DNA of 64,000 nt from a phage: the sequence record PX092659.1; one strand, written 5' to 3'. Below the pieces are notes generated by a model, which was not told the origin of the DNA, ran no database searches, and worked only from the letters and a program-made list of their open reading frames with translations. Each line of letters opens with the position of its first letter. The first letter of the stretch is position 1. This document shows, piece after piece, positions 9,655 through 18,765 of the stretch. The position numbers were made by a program, and so were the translations under genes.

Positions 9655-10626
9655 TTAATCATATACTCGCTCTACTATGCACGGGATTACACCACCAGCA
9701 CGAATCACTCGAATCTGGCAACCGATCTCTAGATCGAGAGAGTTAATATAATCAACGTTATTAAGAGTCGCTTTAACAATTGTAGCATCATCAATAATTA
9801 CCGGTTCGAAATAACCAACTGGAGTTACTTTACCAGAAGCCCCTACCTGCCACTCAACTTTAGTAAGAGTTGTAATCTCGCCTTCTTCATCCTCTTTAAC
9901 AGCAAATGCTCCACGAGGGAATTTATTAGTCCAGCCTTCACGGAAGAATTTGTTGTTGTCATTAATACGAACAACTTTACCGTCCGTCGGAATCCATTTA
10001 AAGAAGGAACGCACATTAACAACTGTTAAGAAGTTCTCATTCTCTAGCCAAAGCATATCTTTTAAGTATGCTTCTGTAATACCTACAGATTCAGCAGAAC
10101 ACTGGATACCATAAGCAACAAAGATTAAACCACCTTCCCCGATACGTTGTACGAAATCATCACTATCTTTGAGGTTAATAGCACCAGAGGCAAAGTTACG
10201 TTTATTTTCTACTTCTTTTGTAATTAGAACTTCACCAGTGATTTGAGTTGGTACTTTTTGGGAAATCTTTTTAGGGATATTCAGCAGTCTTACGTTGCTT
10301 GTGACATCATTCCCTAGAATACCATTACCACGAGTTAGTGCTTGAACAAATTCGCCATTAATATATAGTAGAGAAATCGCACAACCATCTAACTTGTCAG
10401 TTTCTACCTGACCTAATGGGTTAAATGGGGGTTTATCTCCACGATTATAATAAACTTTCTGTAAAGAATACATACGATACAGATGTGGAATATCGCCCTT
10501 AGGCCCGATCTCTTCTTCTAACGGAAATCTTTTAATCAGACGATCATATTCTTCGTCAGAGATTAAAGACATTCCCTGGTAATATGCTTCTTGACAGCGT
10601 TTAATAAATTCTTTTACATTGGTCAT
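9655..10626 (-). CDS. ligA: NAD-dependent DNA ligase, N-terminal adenylation/OB subunit
   Basis: 323 aa; adenylation lysine motif KLDG (ETDKLDGCAISL); separated from the C-terminal half by a 199-bp promoter-containing spacer. Confidence 0.75.
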   Translation of the reverse strand: MTNVKEFIKRCQEAYYQGMSLISDEEYDRLIKRFPLEEEIGPKGDIPHLYRMYSLQKVYYNRGDKPPFNPLGQVETDKLDGCAISLLYINGEFVQALTRGNGILGNDVTSNVRLLNIPKKISQKVPTQITGEVLITKEVENKRNFASGAINLKDSDDFVQRIGEGGLIFVAYGIQCSAESVGITEAYLKDMLWLENENFLTVVNVRSFFKWIPTDGKVVRINDNNKFFREGWTNKFPRGAFAVKEDEEGEITTLTKVEWQVGASGKVTPVGYFEPVIIDDATIVKATLNNVDYINSLDLEIGCQIRVIRAGGVIPCIVERVYD

Positions 10627-10657
10627 TTATTTATATCTCTCATTAATTTATATAAAT

Positions 10658-10686
10658 ATTATATAACAAAACTGAGTTGAAAGCAA
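10658..10686 (-). promoter_or_regulatory. sigma70-type early promoter (minus): TTGCTT-N17-TATAAT
   Basis: Reverse complement gives TTGCTT, 17 nt, TATAAT upstream of ligA. Confidence 0.65.
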
Positions 10687-10692
10687 ATACAT

Positions 10693-11004
10693 TTATTCTT
10701 TTTCCGCCAGGCGTTTAGCTTCTTTTTCTACTTCTAATAAAACCTCACTATTAGATAATATTTTAGTAAATGCCTTAAATAAATGAGATGTTGTTTCTAG
10801 AGTGTATGGCATACTGAATCCACTTTTTGTTGGAAACCATTCACCTTCTATATCTTGGAGCCAGTACCTAATTCCTAAGTATAGATTCCCCCTAAACTCA
10901 GATACAGTTAGCCTAACCTGTTGGCCATCTTCTCTTTCCCAGATAACTATGGACTGATCATCTACATGTCCAACATAATCCTGATTTACATTATCTCCCG
11001 ACAT
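10693..11004 (-). CDS. hypothetical protein
   Basis: 103-aa track ORF, co-oriented; overlaps downstream gene start. Confidence 0.5.
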   Translation of the reverse strand: MSGDNVNQDYVGHVDDQSIVIWEREDGQQVRLTVSEFRGNLYLGIRYWLQDIEGEWFPTKSGFSMPYTLETTSHLFKAFTKILSNSEVLLEVEKEAKRLAEKE

Positions 11005-11651
11005 TTTATTGCTCCCTGACTTAGGAGATATTCCTCTGCCTCCTCTGGTTGAATATTAAAAAACTCAGTAGAACCATCAAATATTGATTCTGTAAATATC
11101 TGTGTAGTACTAAAAAATCTATGAGCTTTATTTTCTAGATTATACGCTGACTCATCATAAGAGTATACTCCATATATACTCAAGTCCTCCAGATTAGAAT
11201 CTTTTTTGATCTCTAAAAGTCTTCTATCTGGACTTTTAGATGTTCCTATTTTTGTGCCTAGTTGTGGGCTATAAAATACGTATAAATAGCTAGTAGATTT
11301 ACACATAGGGCATGATCTACCAGCATTTTTAACTTTATCTACACTACTAGTCCACGTGTGTCCGTGGGTGCACTCAAATATTGCCGGACTTTGGGAATTT
11401 ATATAGGAGGATATAAGTTTTATACCTTTAGTACTTAACTGTTGATTTATGACCTCTACAGTTAGTTTAGCTTTGCCACTACAATAAGGGCAGCCACTAC
11501 CTTTCCGTATATTACTTAAATATCCCTTCCATTGATGACCTTTTGAACACTCAAATATAGCGGGTGTTCTTATATTAGCCCATTCACTCACTATATGAAA
11601 ACCTAGTGGCTCTAACTCTTTATTTATTTGCTCTTCTGTTAATTTTTTCAC
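10986..11651 (-). CDS. Zn-ribbon repeat protein with C-terminal T5orf172-like (GIY-YIG superfamily) domain
   Basis: 221 aa; repeated CxxC zinc-ribbon units (GSGCPYCSGK, GRSCPMCKS) then YVFYSPQLGTKIGTSKSPDRRLLEIK; paralog of 22845-23708. Confidence 0.55.
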   Translation of the reverse strand: MKKLTEEQINKELEPLGFHIVSEWANIRTPAIFECSKGHQWKGYLSNIRKGSGCPYCSGKAKLTVEVINQQLSTKGIKLISSYINSQSPAIFECTHGHTWTSSVDKVKNAGRSCPMCKSTSYLYVFYSPQLGTKIGTSKSPDRRLLEIKKDSNLEDLSIYGVYSYDESAYNLENKAHRFFSTTQIFTESIFDGSTEFFNIQPEEAEEYLLSQGAIKCREIM

Positions 11652-11663
11652 TATAATTTACAT

Positions 11664-11689
11664 ATGACAAAGGAGAGCCGAAGCTCTCC
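11664..11689 (-). terminator. rho-independent terminator (minus strand, possibly bidirectional)
   Basis: Stem GGAGAGC / GCTCTCC with CGAA loop; T-run on both sides. Confidence 0.6.
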
Positions 11690-11698
11690 TTTTCTTTA

Positions 11699-11989
11699 TT
11701 ATTTTTTGCCTACTGGCGTAGCTCTATCAAGTTCACTAGACAATGAAGTGACACGTTTCACCTTATTTACAGGAATAAATCGGAAGCTATCATTAGTGCG
11801 ACTAAACACTAGAATTTCGTCATCTTTTGGTTGACGGATACGCTCCTGAGCAAAACGTTTACTTAGGTACTTATCAGTAAAATCCATAGTGCCCTGTAAA
11901 TAGGTAGTGCCCTTTTGACGGAGCTTTTCGTAATGAAGATAAAATTCATTATGAGCTTCACATGCGGAGATAATTTCTTGCTTAGTCAT
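11699..11989 (-). CDS. hypothetical protein
   Basis: 96-aa track ORF, co-oriented. Confidence 0.5.
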   Translation of the reverse strand: MTKQEIISACEAHNEFYLHYEKLRQKGTTYLQGTMDFTDKYLSKRFAQERIRQPKDDEILVFSRTNDSFRFIPVNKVKRVTSLSSELDRATPVGKK

Positions 11990-12004
11990 TTTTAATCCCC
12001 CTTA

Positions 12005-12415
12005 TTACTTAGTGATAGCTCGGATTGCTTCTGCCAGATGAGCAGCCGCTTTACCGGTCAGTTTGTCGATAATTGCATCATCCAGAAAATCTGGTGCTAA
12101 GCCAGCATCAGAGAACGCTGAACGAAGATCAGCATGAGCTTGGGCTTTGGAGGTACGAGAGCCACCGGAAGCTTTTTCTCCAGTAGATGCACTAGATTTA
12201 GAAGTAGAACCAGCAGCTTTCTTGATATACAAACCTGCTTTAGTCAGTTTCATACGAAAACCGTTCGGAGTTACACCATTTTCCTGGGCAATTTCACTAA
12301 CAATTTCCATGCTAACGCCCGGACGTTCATCCTCTGGGAATTGCTCCATACGAGCAACGTATTCGGAAGACATTTTTTCGAACAGTTCATCAGTCCACTG
12401 AGTTGGAGTAGTCAT
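12005..12415 (-). CDS. hypothetical protein
   Basis: 136-aa track ORF; promoter cassette at 12473-12501 just upstream. Confidence 0.5.
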   Translation of the reverse strand: MTTPTQWTDELFEKMSSEYVARMEQFPEDERPGVSMEIVSEIAQENGVTPNGFRMKLTKAGLYIKKAAGSTSKSSASTGEKASGGSRTSKAQAHADLRSAFSDAGLAPDFLDDAIIDKLTGKAAAHLAEAIRAITK

Positions 12416-12472
12416 ATTTTATATTTCCTTAATTAAGAATTAAACAGAATAGTTCTTTCAAACTATGAGAAT

Positions 12473-12501
12473 ATTATATCAAGAATTATAGGATTAAGCA
12501 A
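12473..12501 (-). promoter_or_regulatory. sigma70-type early promoter (minus): TTGCTT-N17-TATAAT
   Basis: Reverse complement gives TTGCTT, 17 nt, TATAAT. Confidence 0.6.
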
Positions 12502-12518
12502 CTGAAATTTTTAAGTAG

Positions 12519-12794
12519 TTACTCCACTAGGCCAACAGCGAGCATATCATCAATGCTGGCAACCTCCCAATCGTCCGCAATAGCTTCGCATACTGTTAAT
12601 GAAACAACCTCGCTATATGGATAGTTACCGGCTACCCAGGTATGCTGAGTAGCTACATCCGAGTCAGCATCTAAAGTTAGTAACACTAAGCCGTTATTAT
12701 CGTTATCCCAGCTTCTGCGATATAGTGTTTTTACTTCCCCATCTTTAAGTAAATCAGTTAGTTTACTCACGGCGTTTTCCTTTTTCTTTATCAA
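12519..12794 (-). CDS. hypothetical protein
   Basis: 91-aa track ORF, co-oriented. Confidence 0.45.
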   Translation of the reverse strand: MIKKKENAVSKLTDLLKDGEVKTLYRRSWDNDNNGLVLLTLDADSDVATQHTWVAGNYPYSEVVSLTVCEAIADDWEVASIDDMLAVGLVE

Positions 12795-13467
12795 GTTTCA
12801 AGGCAGCCTTAACAGCTTCGTTAATCAGTGTGATAACTTCTTCCCGGGACCATTTGTACCCCAGAGACTTTACATCAACCCCTAACTTTTCCAGATGTTT
12901 AACAGAAGCCAGCTCGTAATTCATATAATGAACGTTCTGTTGTTTGCCTTCCGATAGTAACCAGACTCGATAACAACCAACAGGATTATCCATTGCTTTT
13001 TTGATTTCACCGATACACTGGTATCCAGGAACCCAAACTAGTTCTCCAACTTCAAATTCTTCTGCTACAGCATCATCAGGAATAATTGGAGGATTCAATG
13101 GATCTACAATATCGTTCAAACGAAGTAGAGCACCATATCGTTCCAGAACAGATTTAACCATTGCTACAGAGCGATAATTACGATCGGCAATCTCTTCAAA
13201 AGAATCGCCAGATAGATACTGTTCAATAACGTTGGCCAACTCAATACCTTCAATGAGTGTACCACGTTTCTTTTTCTTCATCTCAGCAACTTGAATCTGG
13301 CGGTCTTGCCATTCTTCAATCATCCTTTCCATAGTTGGGTTGGATGATACACCGAGCATTTCACATGCTGCTTTCTTAGTACCACCGTTCTCCAGATGCT
13401 CTATAACTTTTTTAAAGACTTCATCCGGGATTTCATGGATATGTTTTTTTCTGCGAGAACCAGCCAT
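12763..13467 (-). CDS. hypothetical protein, possible HTH DNA-binding protein
   Basis: 234 aa; basic N-terminus followed by a helix-turn-helix-like segment (TKKAACEMLGVSSNPTMERM); promoter cassette immediately upstream. Confidence 0.5.
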   Translation of the reverse strand: MAGSRRKKHIHEIPDEVFKKVIEHLENGGTKKAACEMLGVSSNPTMERMIEEWQDRQIQVAEMKKKKRGTLIEGIELANVIEQYLSGDSFEEIADRNYRSVAMVKSVLERYGALLRLNDIVDPLNPPIIPDDAVAEEFEVGELVWVPGYQCIGEIKKAMDNPVGCYRVWLLSEGKQQNVHYMNYELASVKHLEKLGVDVKSLGYKWSREEVITLINEAVKAALKLDKEKGKRRE

Positions 13468-13498
13468 ATTTAAACTCCTCTCTCAAATTTATGAATCT

Positions 13499-13527
13499 AT
13501 TATACAGAAAATTTTTCCTGAAAGCAA
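13499..13527 (-). promoter_or_regulatory. sigma70-type early promoter (minus): TTGCTT-N17-TATAAT
   Basis: Reverse complement gives TTGCTT, 17 nt, TATAAT, then cataaatttgagagagg before the ATG. Confidence 0.65.
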
Positions 13528-13535
13528 ATAAATTT

Positions 13536-13877
13536 TTACGATTCCTTGAGTAAAGAAGAAAGTTCAGCATATACTTTATCTAACTCAAACCCTATGCGAA
13601 GAGATACGTTAGTCCTCCGTTGTTTAAGTAACCACTCGGATATGTTAGGGATACCAGCTAATCTATGTGGTACCACCCTACATAGCTTTTCCGAAGTGTC
13701 ATAAACAGGAACTTTACGTTCTTTTACTGGGAACTTCCTTGTTTCCCATTTCTTATTCTTCACTGTCATATCTCTCCGAGGGATTAAATTCACCAAACAG
13801 CTCTTTAACTCCCCTAAGGTATAGCTGATGGGCTTCTTCCGGGGTATCTCGTCTACCAAAAATATGTTGCTTTCCAT
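13536..13877 (-). CDS. hypothetical protein (uncertain; overlaps HNH gene by about 125 nt)
   Basis: 113-aa track ORF in a different frame from the 3' end of 13753-14283; may start later or be spurious. Confidence 0.3.
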   Translation of the reverse strand: MESNIFLVDEIPRKKPISYTLGELKSCLVNLIPRRDMTVKNKKWETRKFPVKERKVPVYDTSEKLCRVVPHRLAGIPNISEWLLKQRRTNVSLRIGFELDKVYAELSSLLKES

Positions 13878-14283
13878 CGCAGTAAGCGTAGGCCATATAC
13901 CTATTACCTCGTTTTACAACTCCAGTGAATCCGGTAGAATTAGTAGAACACTTCTTATTCTTCCCATTTTCGGAATAGGTAGCCTTACGTAAATTATCCC
14001 ACAAGTTGTTTAAACTATCGCCGTCTTTATGGTCAATAGTTTTACCCCCAGGATCTTCACCTGTCTTTATAAACCAGATTATTCTATGGGCTAAGTAAGC
14101 TGTCCGCTCCCCATTTATCGTAAACTCTAGCTGTCTCCCAGTTTTCATTTTGGAGCCCGCTACCTTTCCCTTCCTTGGGCCAGATAACCAAATTAAGTCC
14201 CCAGTACTTTCGTCATACCTAAGCTTTTCTAGGATAAATGCCATAGGAGGCATTGGTTTATGCATTTTCATTAGTTGCTCCAA
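13753..14283 (-). CDS. HNH homing endonuclease (paralog family)
   Basis: 176 aa; AHRIIWFIKTGEDPGGKTIDHKDGDSLNNLWDNL HNH-like motif. Confidence 0.65.
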   Translation of the reverse strand: MEQLMKMHKPMPPMAFILEKLRYDESTGDLIWLSGPRKGKVAGSKMKTGRQLEFTINGERTAYLAHRIIWFIKTGEDPGGKTIDHKDGDSLNNLWDNLRKATYSENGKNKKCSTNSTGFTGVVKRGNRYMAYAYCDGKQHIFGRRDTPEEAHQLYLRGVKELFGEFNPSERYDSEE

Positions 14284-17044
14284 GTTCGGACAGTACTTCT
14301 TCTGCCATAGCCTTCTCTTCCTCTGTCATGAATTTGAAAGGAATTGGCATACACTCGATTTTACAATAGGTTCTGTACCAGTCTACGATATTCTCCGTGT
14401 TCATATCTTTACCAATACCCATCATACCAAGATACATTCTAGCATATTTTGGGTTAGCACTCTGACCTGTTTTAAGGAAGAAGTCCTTCTTCTTACCTTT
14501 CAGAGCCTCTATGAATGGTTTAATGGTCACATTTGAACACTTCTTAATATCTTCCCAGAACATCTCGTGCATCTTATGGAAGAATGCAGCTCGATCATTC
14601 GGTTTATCTTTGATATATTGTTCAACATGCTCAACTGTTACATCTTTAATAGACTCGAGATGATAATAGCGAACAAGAAGTAGCTTAGCTTCATATGCAT
14701 CCGCATGGCGCGGAGCACAATAATCAGGAGTTGAGTGCAGAATAGCTTTGATTCGCTCCTCTGTGTACTCTTTACCAGCACCTTCAATAGTTCCCCAGCT
14801 TTCACTGAAAATATCAATAGTTGCACCCTGATCAAGCAAGTAATAACGTAAAGTACTAGTATAGTTCCTAGATTCTAATTCCCTGCGACGTGCGTATAAT
14901 TGCTGTGCTAACTCCAGCCAACCTTCATCAATATTATATTGTTCAGAACCTGCGGAGAATCCACTCGTAGATTTATCAATAAAATAATAGATATTTTGAG
15001 CACCACGGTCGCGCCTGATTGCTTGGAAACGCATGTTTGGCGCTTGATTACTAGTTCTAGTAATAACGAATACGTTATCAAAATAGTTGAAGTCAACACC
15101 ACTCGTTACGGATGGACTACATAATAAGCAATCAATTTGTTGATCAATTAGCTCATTAGTTGTGTAATCCAGAATACGTCTAATATCTACATCAGACGTA
15201 GAGTTTGAGTGGATTTCCTTAACTAACGCACCCGTATTACGACGCAACGCCATGCCCTTCTCATTCAGTTCATCTGGCCCACAGTCAGATACTAGGATAG
15301 ATTTCTCACCCATCTCCAGGGAAGTCTGAAGTGCAACCCAAATACTAGACTCATCAGGGAACTCATAAGCATGAGCTTTTGATAGCATTTTACGGTGGTG
15401 ATTGTAAAATGCAACCGGTTTATCAAACTCAATCAAAGAACCATATGCTTCAATTGTTTCTGCACTAATATCCCCATCAGATAATATAATGATTTTTGCA
15501 GTTGCAAGAATATCCCGAAGAACCTGAATACATTCACGACGTTGTTTAACAACCGGGGCGAATAATAGGTCATTCATTACAGCGTCACATTCATCGATAA
15601 AGATTGCATCGATTTGACCAATAAAACTCTTGAACTTATGTAAAGAGTGAATAGTTGTGGACATACGGTCAATAGCGCCACGCTTAAAATTAAGCATATC
15701 TACAGACTTATCATATTGTCCTGCACTAAATTTCTTAGCATTTGAAGATACCAGTGCTCGAGTATTGGTAATTGCTAAGAAATTACCTTTAATAACTCCT
15801 GAATCTAACCAACGAACAACAGCCGTTGTTTTACCCGTGCCTAGGCTTGCTTTTACAAAAGTCATATAGCCTTCTGGTGGTACAGTATTTAATTTCAAGA
15901 AGTTGTCGGTCTCTAGTGAGTTAGTCTCTAGTTTTTTAAGTGGAATACCTTTTAAAACATCAGGTATATCACGTTTAGAATTATTCACAAAGGCTTTTAA
16001 CGCCTGCTTACGACCGTTATTAAAGTAATCTTGAATATTACGACTATTATCTTTAGTTGCAATATACTCAGATAAAGCTGGGCGGATCTCCTTCTCTAGC
16101 CAGCCAAAATCTACACCATCCTCTAGTGCTCGGTGATAGAGTTTAGGAATAATACGTAGATATACACCATCCTCAGCTTCTTCTAACTCGCTGATGGTTT
16201 CTTCTACTTTATCAGAGGCAGCTTTTTTACCCTTAATTTGGTCTAGTAAAGAGTAGAACTCTTCCTTAAACTCACCTCTAGTTGTTTCATAGTCAACTAG
16301 ATTATTAGGTAAATTTACTTTTGAGCCTTTAACAAATACCAGACGTGAAGCACCCTCCGCTTTAAACGGATCTACTATACCATCAGTGAATAAAGGATCT
16401 GCAAAGTAATGGAGCTGTACGGAAGAGTAATAAGCTAAGTCGGCAATATCAAAGCCATACTTTTGTCTACTACTTTCGTTGATAGATGTAAATAAGAATT
16501 TGATTTGACCCTGAGTTACTTTAACATTAGATTCTAGTATTAAGTGCATTCGGATACCTGGTTTTAGCCCAGCCGAAGACGATGCATGAGCGATAAACCC
16601 TGCATCAAGAGGAAACATATCCTCACTAATACTATTTAACATTCTAATAATATGTCGAGCCATGCCAACAAGATCAAACTTGTTACAACCACCTGTATCT
16701 ACAATACCATCCACGTCCATTGCAATTATATGACTTGGGTTAGATACATTAAAGTTGCCCTTCTTACGTCGCACATTATTTTTAGGTGCAAGACATCGAC
16801 CTCGTACCGCAACGATATGAGGGTCAGACGTTAAACGTCTCATAAGAGGAAGCATTTCTACTAGGGTTTGAGGATCAACTTCATCAATTACATCAAACTT
16901 GAAGGGCATTGAAGCTGGTTTACCTTCAGGATGCTTTGAGGAAAATCTTTTAGCAAAAAGATAGTCTTCTGCTTTAACTTCTCGCCAATTGCCTGTGGCT
17001 AAATCGCGATGAAATCCTGCATGACCTTGTAGGATTGAAAACAC
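14258..17044 (-). CDS. large P-loop NTPase, replication-associated (origin-binding / helicase-like)
   Basis: Track ORF starts at TTG 17122; GTG at 17044 preceded by AGGAG is the more likely start. Walker A KASLGTGKTT and Walker B-like IFIDECD. Confidence 0.55.
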   Translation of the reverse strand: MFSILQGHAGFHRDLATGNWREVKAEDYLFAKRFSSKHPEGKPASMPFKFDVIDEVDPQTLVEMLPLMRRLTSDPHIVAVRGRCLAPKNNVRRKKGNFNVSNPSHIIAMDVDGIVDTGGCNKFDLVGMARHIIRMLNSISEDMFPLDAGFIAHASSSAGLKPGIRMHLILESNVKVTQGQIKFLFTSINESSRQKYGFDIADLAYYSSVQLHYFADPLFTDGIVDPFKAEGASRLVFVKGSKVNLPNNLVDYETTRGEFKEEFYSLLDQIKGKKAASDKVEETISELEEAEDGVYLRIIPKLYHRALEDGVDFGWLEKEIRPALSEYIATKDNSRNIQDYFNNGRKQALKAFVNNSKRDIPDVLKGIPLKKLETNSLETDNFLKLNTVPPEGYMTFVKASLGTGKTTAVVRWLDSGVIKGNFLAITNTRALVSSNAKKFSAGQYDKSVDMLNFKRGAIDRMSTTIHSLHKFKSFIGQIDAIFIDECDAVMNDLLFAPVVKQRRECIQVLRDILATAKIIILSDGDISAETIEAYGSLIEFDKPVAFYNHHRKMLSKAHAYEFPDESSIWVALQTSLEMGEKSILVSDCGPDELNEKGMALRRNTGALVKEIHSNSTSDVDIRRILDYTTNELIDQQIDCLLCSPSVTSGVDFNYFDNVFVITRTSNQAPNMRFQAIRRDRGAQNIYYFIDKSTSGFSAGSEQYNIDEGWLELAQQLYARRRELESRNYTSTLRYYLLDQGATIDIFSESWGTIEGAGKEYTEERIKAILHSTPDYCAPRHADAYEAKLLLVRYYHLESIKDVTVEHVEQYIKDKPNDRAAFFHKMHEMFWEDIKKCSNVTIKPFIEALKGKKKDFFLKTGQSANPKYARMYLGMMGIGKDMNTENIVDWYRTYCKIECMPIPFKFMTEEEKAMAEEVLSELGATNENA

Positions 17045-17643
17045 AACAATACTCCTGTGTTGGAAATGGAATAAGTTTTCTTTAGGACTATTCAGAAAGA
17101 ATAGAACAACTGTTACTGTCAATTTCTCAACAAATTAATTGCAAATACTGAAGTGGGGTGGCAACTTCCACTTTCACGCTGCGCTGCTGCCTCATTATAC
17201 CGCACAAATCCTTGAGGATGGCCGCTAAGCCAGATTTGCTCACCTAATGCTTCATATACTAGCTCATACTAGATGCAATATAACTTACAGAATCACGTCT
17301 CGGTAGTTTTTCACTCCTCCCATCTCACTTCACAACCACCTCATACTAGGTTGCTTCGAGGCCTTACCAGGGTTCCTATGGGACGCAGATCGCTAAGTAT
17401 TCTATTAACTATTTGCTTAAAAACTAACACGTAACAGTTAAAACAACCCTTAATGGGGCAGCCTAACTGTTCCGTATCGCGGATTGTAAACAAGAAAAAA
17501 CTTTTTCGTAAAGCTCTAGCAACGTACCTTATGCAGCTATTTACGGGTCATCGATTCCTCTCGCCGTAAATCTCTTGTCAGCTTCACTAAGAAAAATTAG
17601 TAAAAGATCAATTTTTACTAATGTCTCTCAATTCAATATAAAT

Positions 17644-17672
17644 ATTATAGCAAGATTTTGAGCATCATGCAA
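17644..17672 (-). promoter_or_regulatory. sigma70-type early promoter (minus): TTGCAT-N17-TATAAT
   Basis: Reverse complement gives TTGCAT, 17 nt, TATAAT; would start a roughly 600-nt untranslated leader before CDS 14258-17044. Confidence 0.55.
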
Positions 17673-17707
17673 GTAGATTTTTAAAGAGAATGCTATCAGT
17701 GTCTTTG

Positions 17708-17740
17708 AGCACAGAGAAAACCGAGCCAAAATGACTCGGT
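17708..17740 (-). terminator. rho-independent terminator (minus strand)
   Basis: Stem ACCGAG / CTCGGT followed on the minus strand by TTTTCTCTGTG; directly downstream of CDS 17749-17943. Confidence 0.6.
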
Positions 17741-17748
17741 TATACGGA

Positions 17749-17943
17749 TTAATCATAAAAAAGACCACGAATAGTATTAGCAAATTTAAGTATAATAGCG
17801 CGGTTTGAGCTACTTAACTTTTTAATATCGAAAGTGGGATCAGTCAAATATCTCGCCATAAATTTTACTTGTTTAGCTGAAAGTTGACCCTTATTCCACT
17901 TTTTAATTTTACCATAACATACCCAATATTCTTTATTCATCAT
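17749..17943 (-). CDS. hypothetical protein
   Basis: 64-aa track ORF. Confidence 0.4.
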   Translation of the reverse strand: MMNKEYWVCYGKIKKWNKGQLSAKQVKFMARYLTDPTFDIKKLSSSNRAIILKFANTIRGLFYD

Positions 17944-18325
17944 TTAGTCCCGGAACATAGATCCCAACACGATTTAATTGTTCTTTAGCTTCTTTGAGAA
18001 TATCTGGAGTGTACTCCCAAATATCATCTTCCACCTGTAAAAGATGTGGCGAACAACCGTCATCAGGCACACGACATATGGCCAAACCACGTGGATGGAA
18101 CAAAGAGAAATTTAGGGCAACAATCAAGCCCATAGCAGACAATTCATTCCAATCCAATTCCCATTCCCTGGCATATCCAGACAGGAAAATGCCAATGCAT
18201 GGATCATCTATTTGCTGCTCCGGAAAAGTGAAGGAGGCTTGTCTTACCCCCAACCAACGTTGTAGCAGCTTCTCCGCACGCTTCACCAAACTAGGATCAA
18301 TCTGACGCCAGTATACTTGTTCCAT
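17933..18325 (-). CDS. hypothetical protein (paralog of 18335-18763)
   Basis: 130 aa; shares motifs with the neighbour (PCIGI.L, W.ELD.N/EL..MGL..ALN..LF.P, C-terminal GIYVPGL). Confidence 0.5.
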   Translation of the reverse strand: MEQVYWRQIDPSLVKRAEKLLQRWLGVRQASFTFPEQQIDDPCIGIFLSGYAREWELDWNELSAMGLIVALNFSLFHPRGLAICRVPDDGCSPHLLQVEDDIWEYTPDILKEAKEQLNRVGIYVPGLNDE

Positions 18326-18334
18326 TATGCCTCC

Positions 18335-18763
18335 TTAGGCAGTTAAACCCGGAATTTGATAACCAAAACGGCGAAGTTTTTGGATACCATCATTTACTTC
18401 TTCCGGTGAGTAAGACCAACCATAACGTTCATTAACCTGAAAACCAGGAGATTCACTAGTTTTATAGTTAACAACGAGGCGATGCTTAGCAGGCATAAAC
18501 AGCTTATAGTTTAACGCAAAAACTAAGCCCATTTCATCTAACTCTTTCCAGCCGACAATTTCTTCAAGACCATCCTCTACCTGCACAATTAAACCAATAC
18601 AGGGAGCCTCATCAATATCATCTTTAAAAGCAAAGGAGATTTCGTTATTCTCACACCATATTTTCAAAGAGTTAATAGCCTCATTATACAGGCTAGCTGG
18701 GAGAGTACGCCAAAAGTTAACCAAAATTGGGTTAGCTTCTTTAGAGAGTACATTATTGAACAT
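18335..18763 (-). CDS. hypothetical protein (paralog of 17933-18325)
   Basis: 142 aa; APCIGLIVQVEDG, WKELDEMGLVFALNYKLFMP, C-terminal GYQIPGL. Confidence 0.5.
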   Translation of the reverse strand: MFNNVLSKEANPILVNFWRTLPASLYNEAINSLKIWCENNEISFAFKDDIDEAPCIGLIVQVEDGLEEIVGWKELDEMGLVFALNYKLFMPAKHRLVVNYKTSESPGFQVNERYGWSYSPEEVNDGIQKLRRFGYQIPGLTA

Positions 18764-18765
18764 AT

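Noticed and set aside
12134-12436. Plus-strand ORFs 12134-12436 and 12147-12401
   Set aside because: Antisense to minus-strand gene 12005-12415 inside a uniformly minus-strand block.
14150-17122. Small ORFs inside or antisense to the 929-aa NTPase gene and HNH gene (14150-14536, 14638-14835, 14908-15102, 14939-15124, 15657-15869, 16652-16834), and the TTG-initiated N-terminal extension to 17122
   Set aside because: Nested in a long ORF with Walker motifs; the extension lacks an RBS, whereas GTG at 17044 is preceded by AGGAG.
17045-17643. Self-splicing intron in the long leader (also considered for 36278-37089)
   Set aside because: No split gene or exon junction could be identified, and I cannot score intron core elements by eye.
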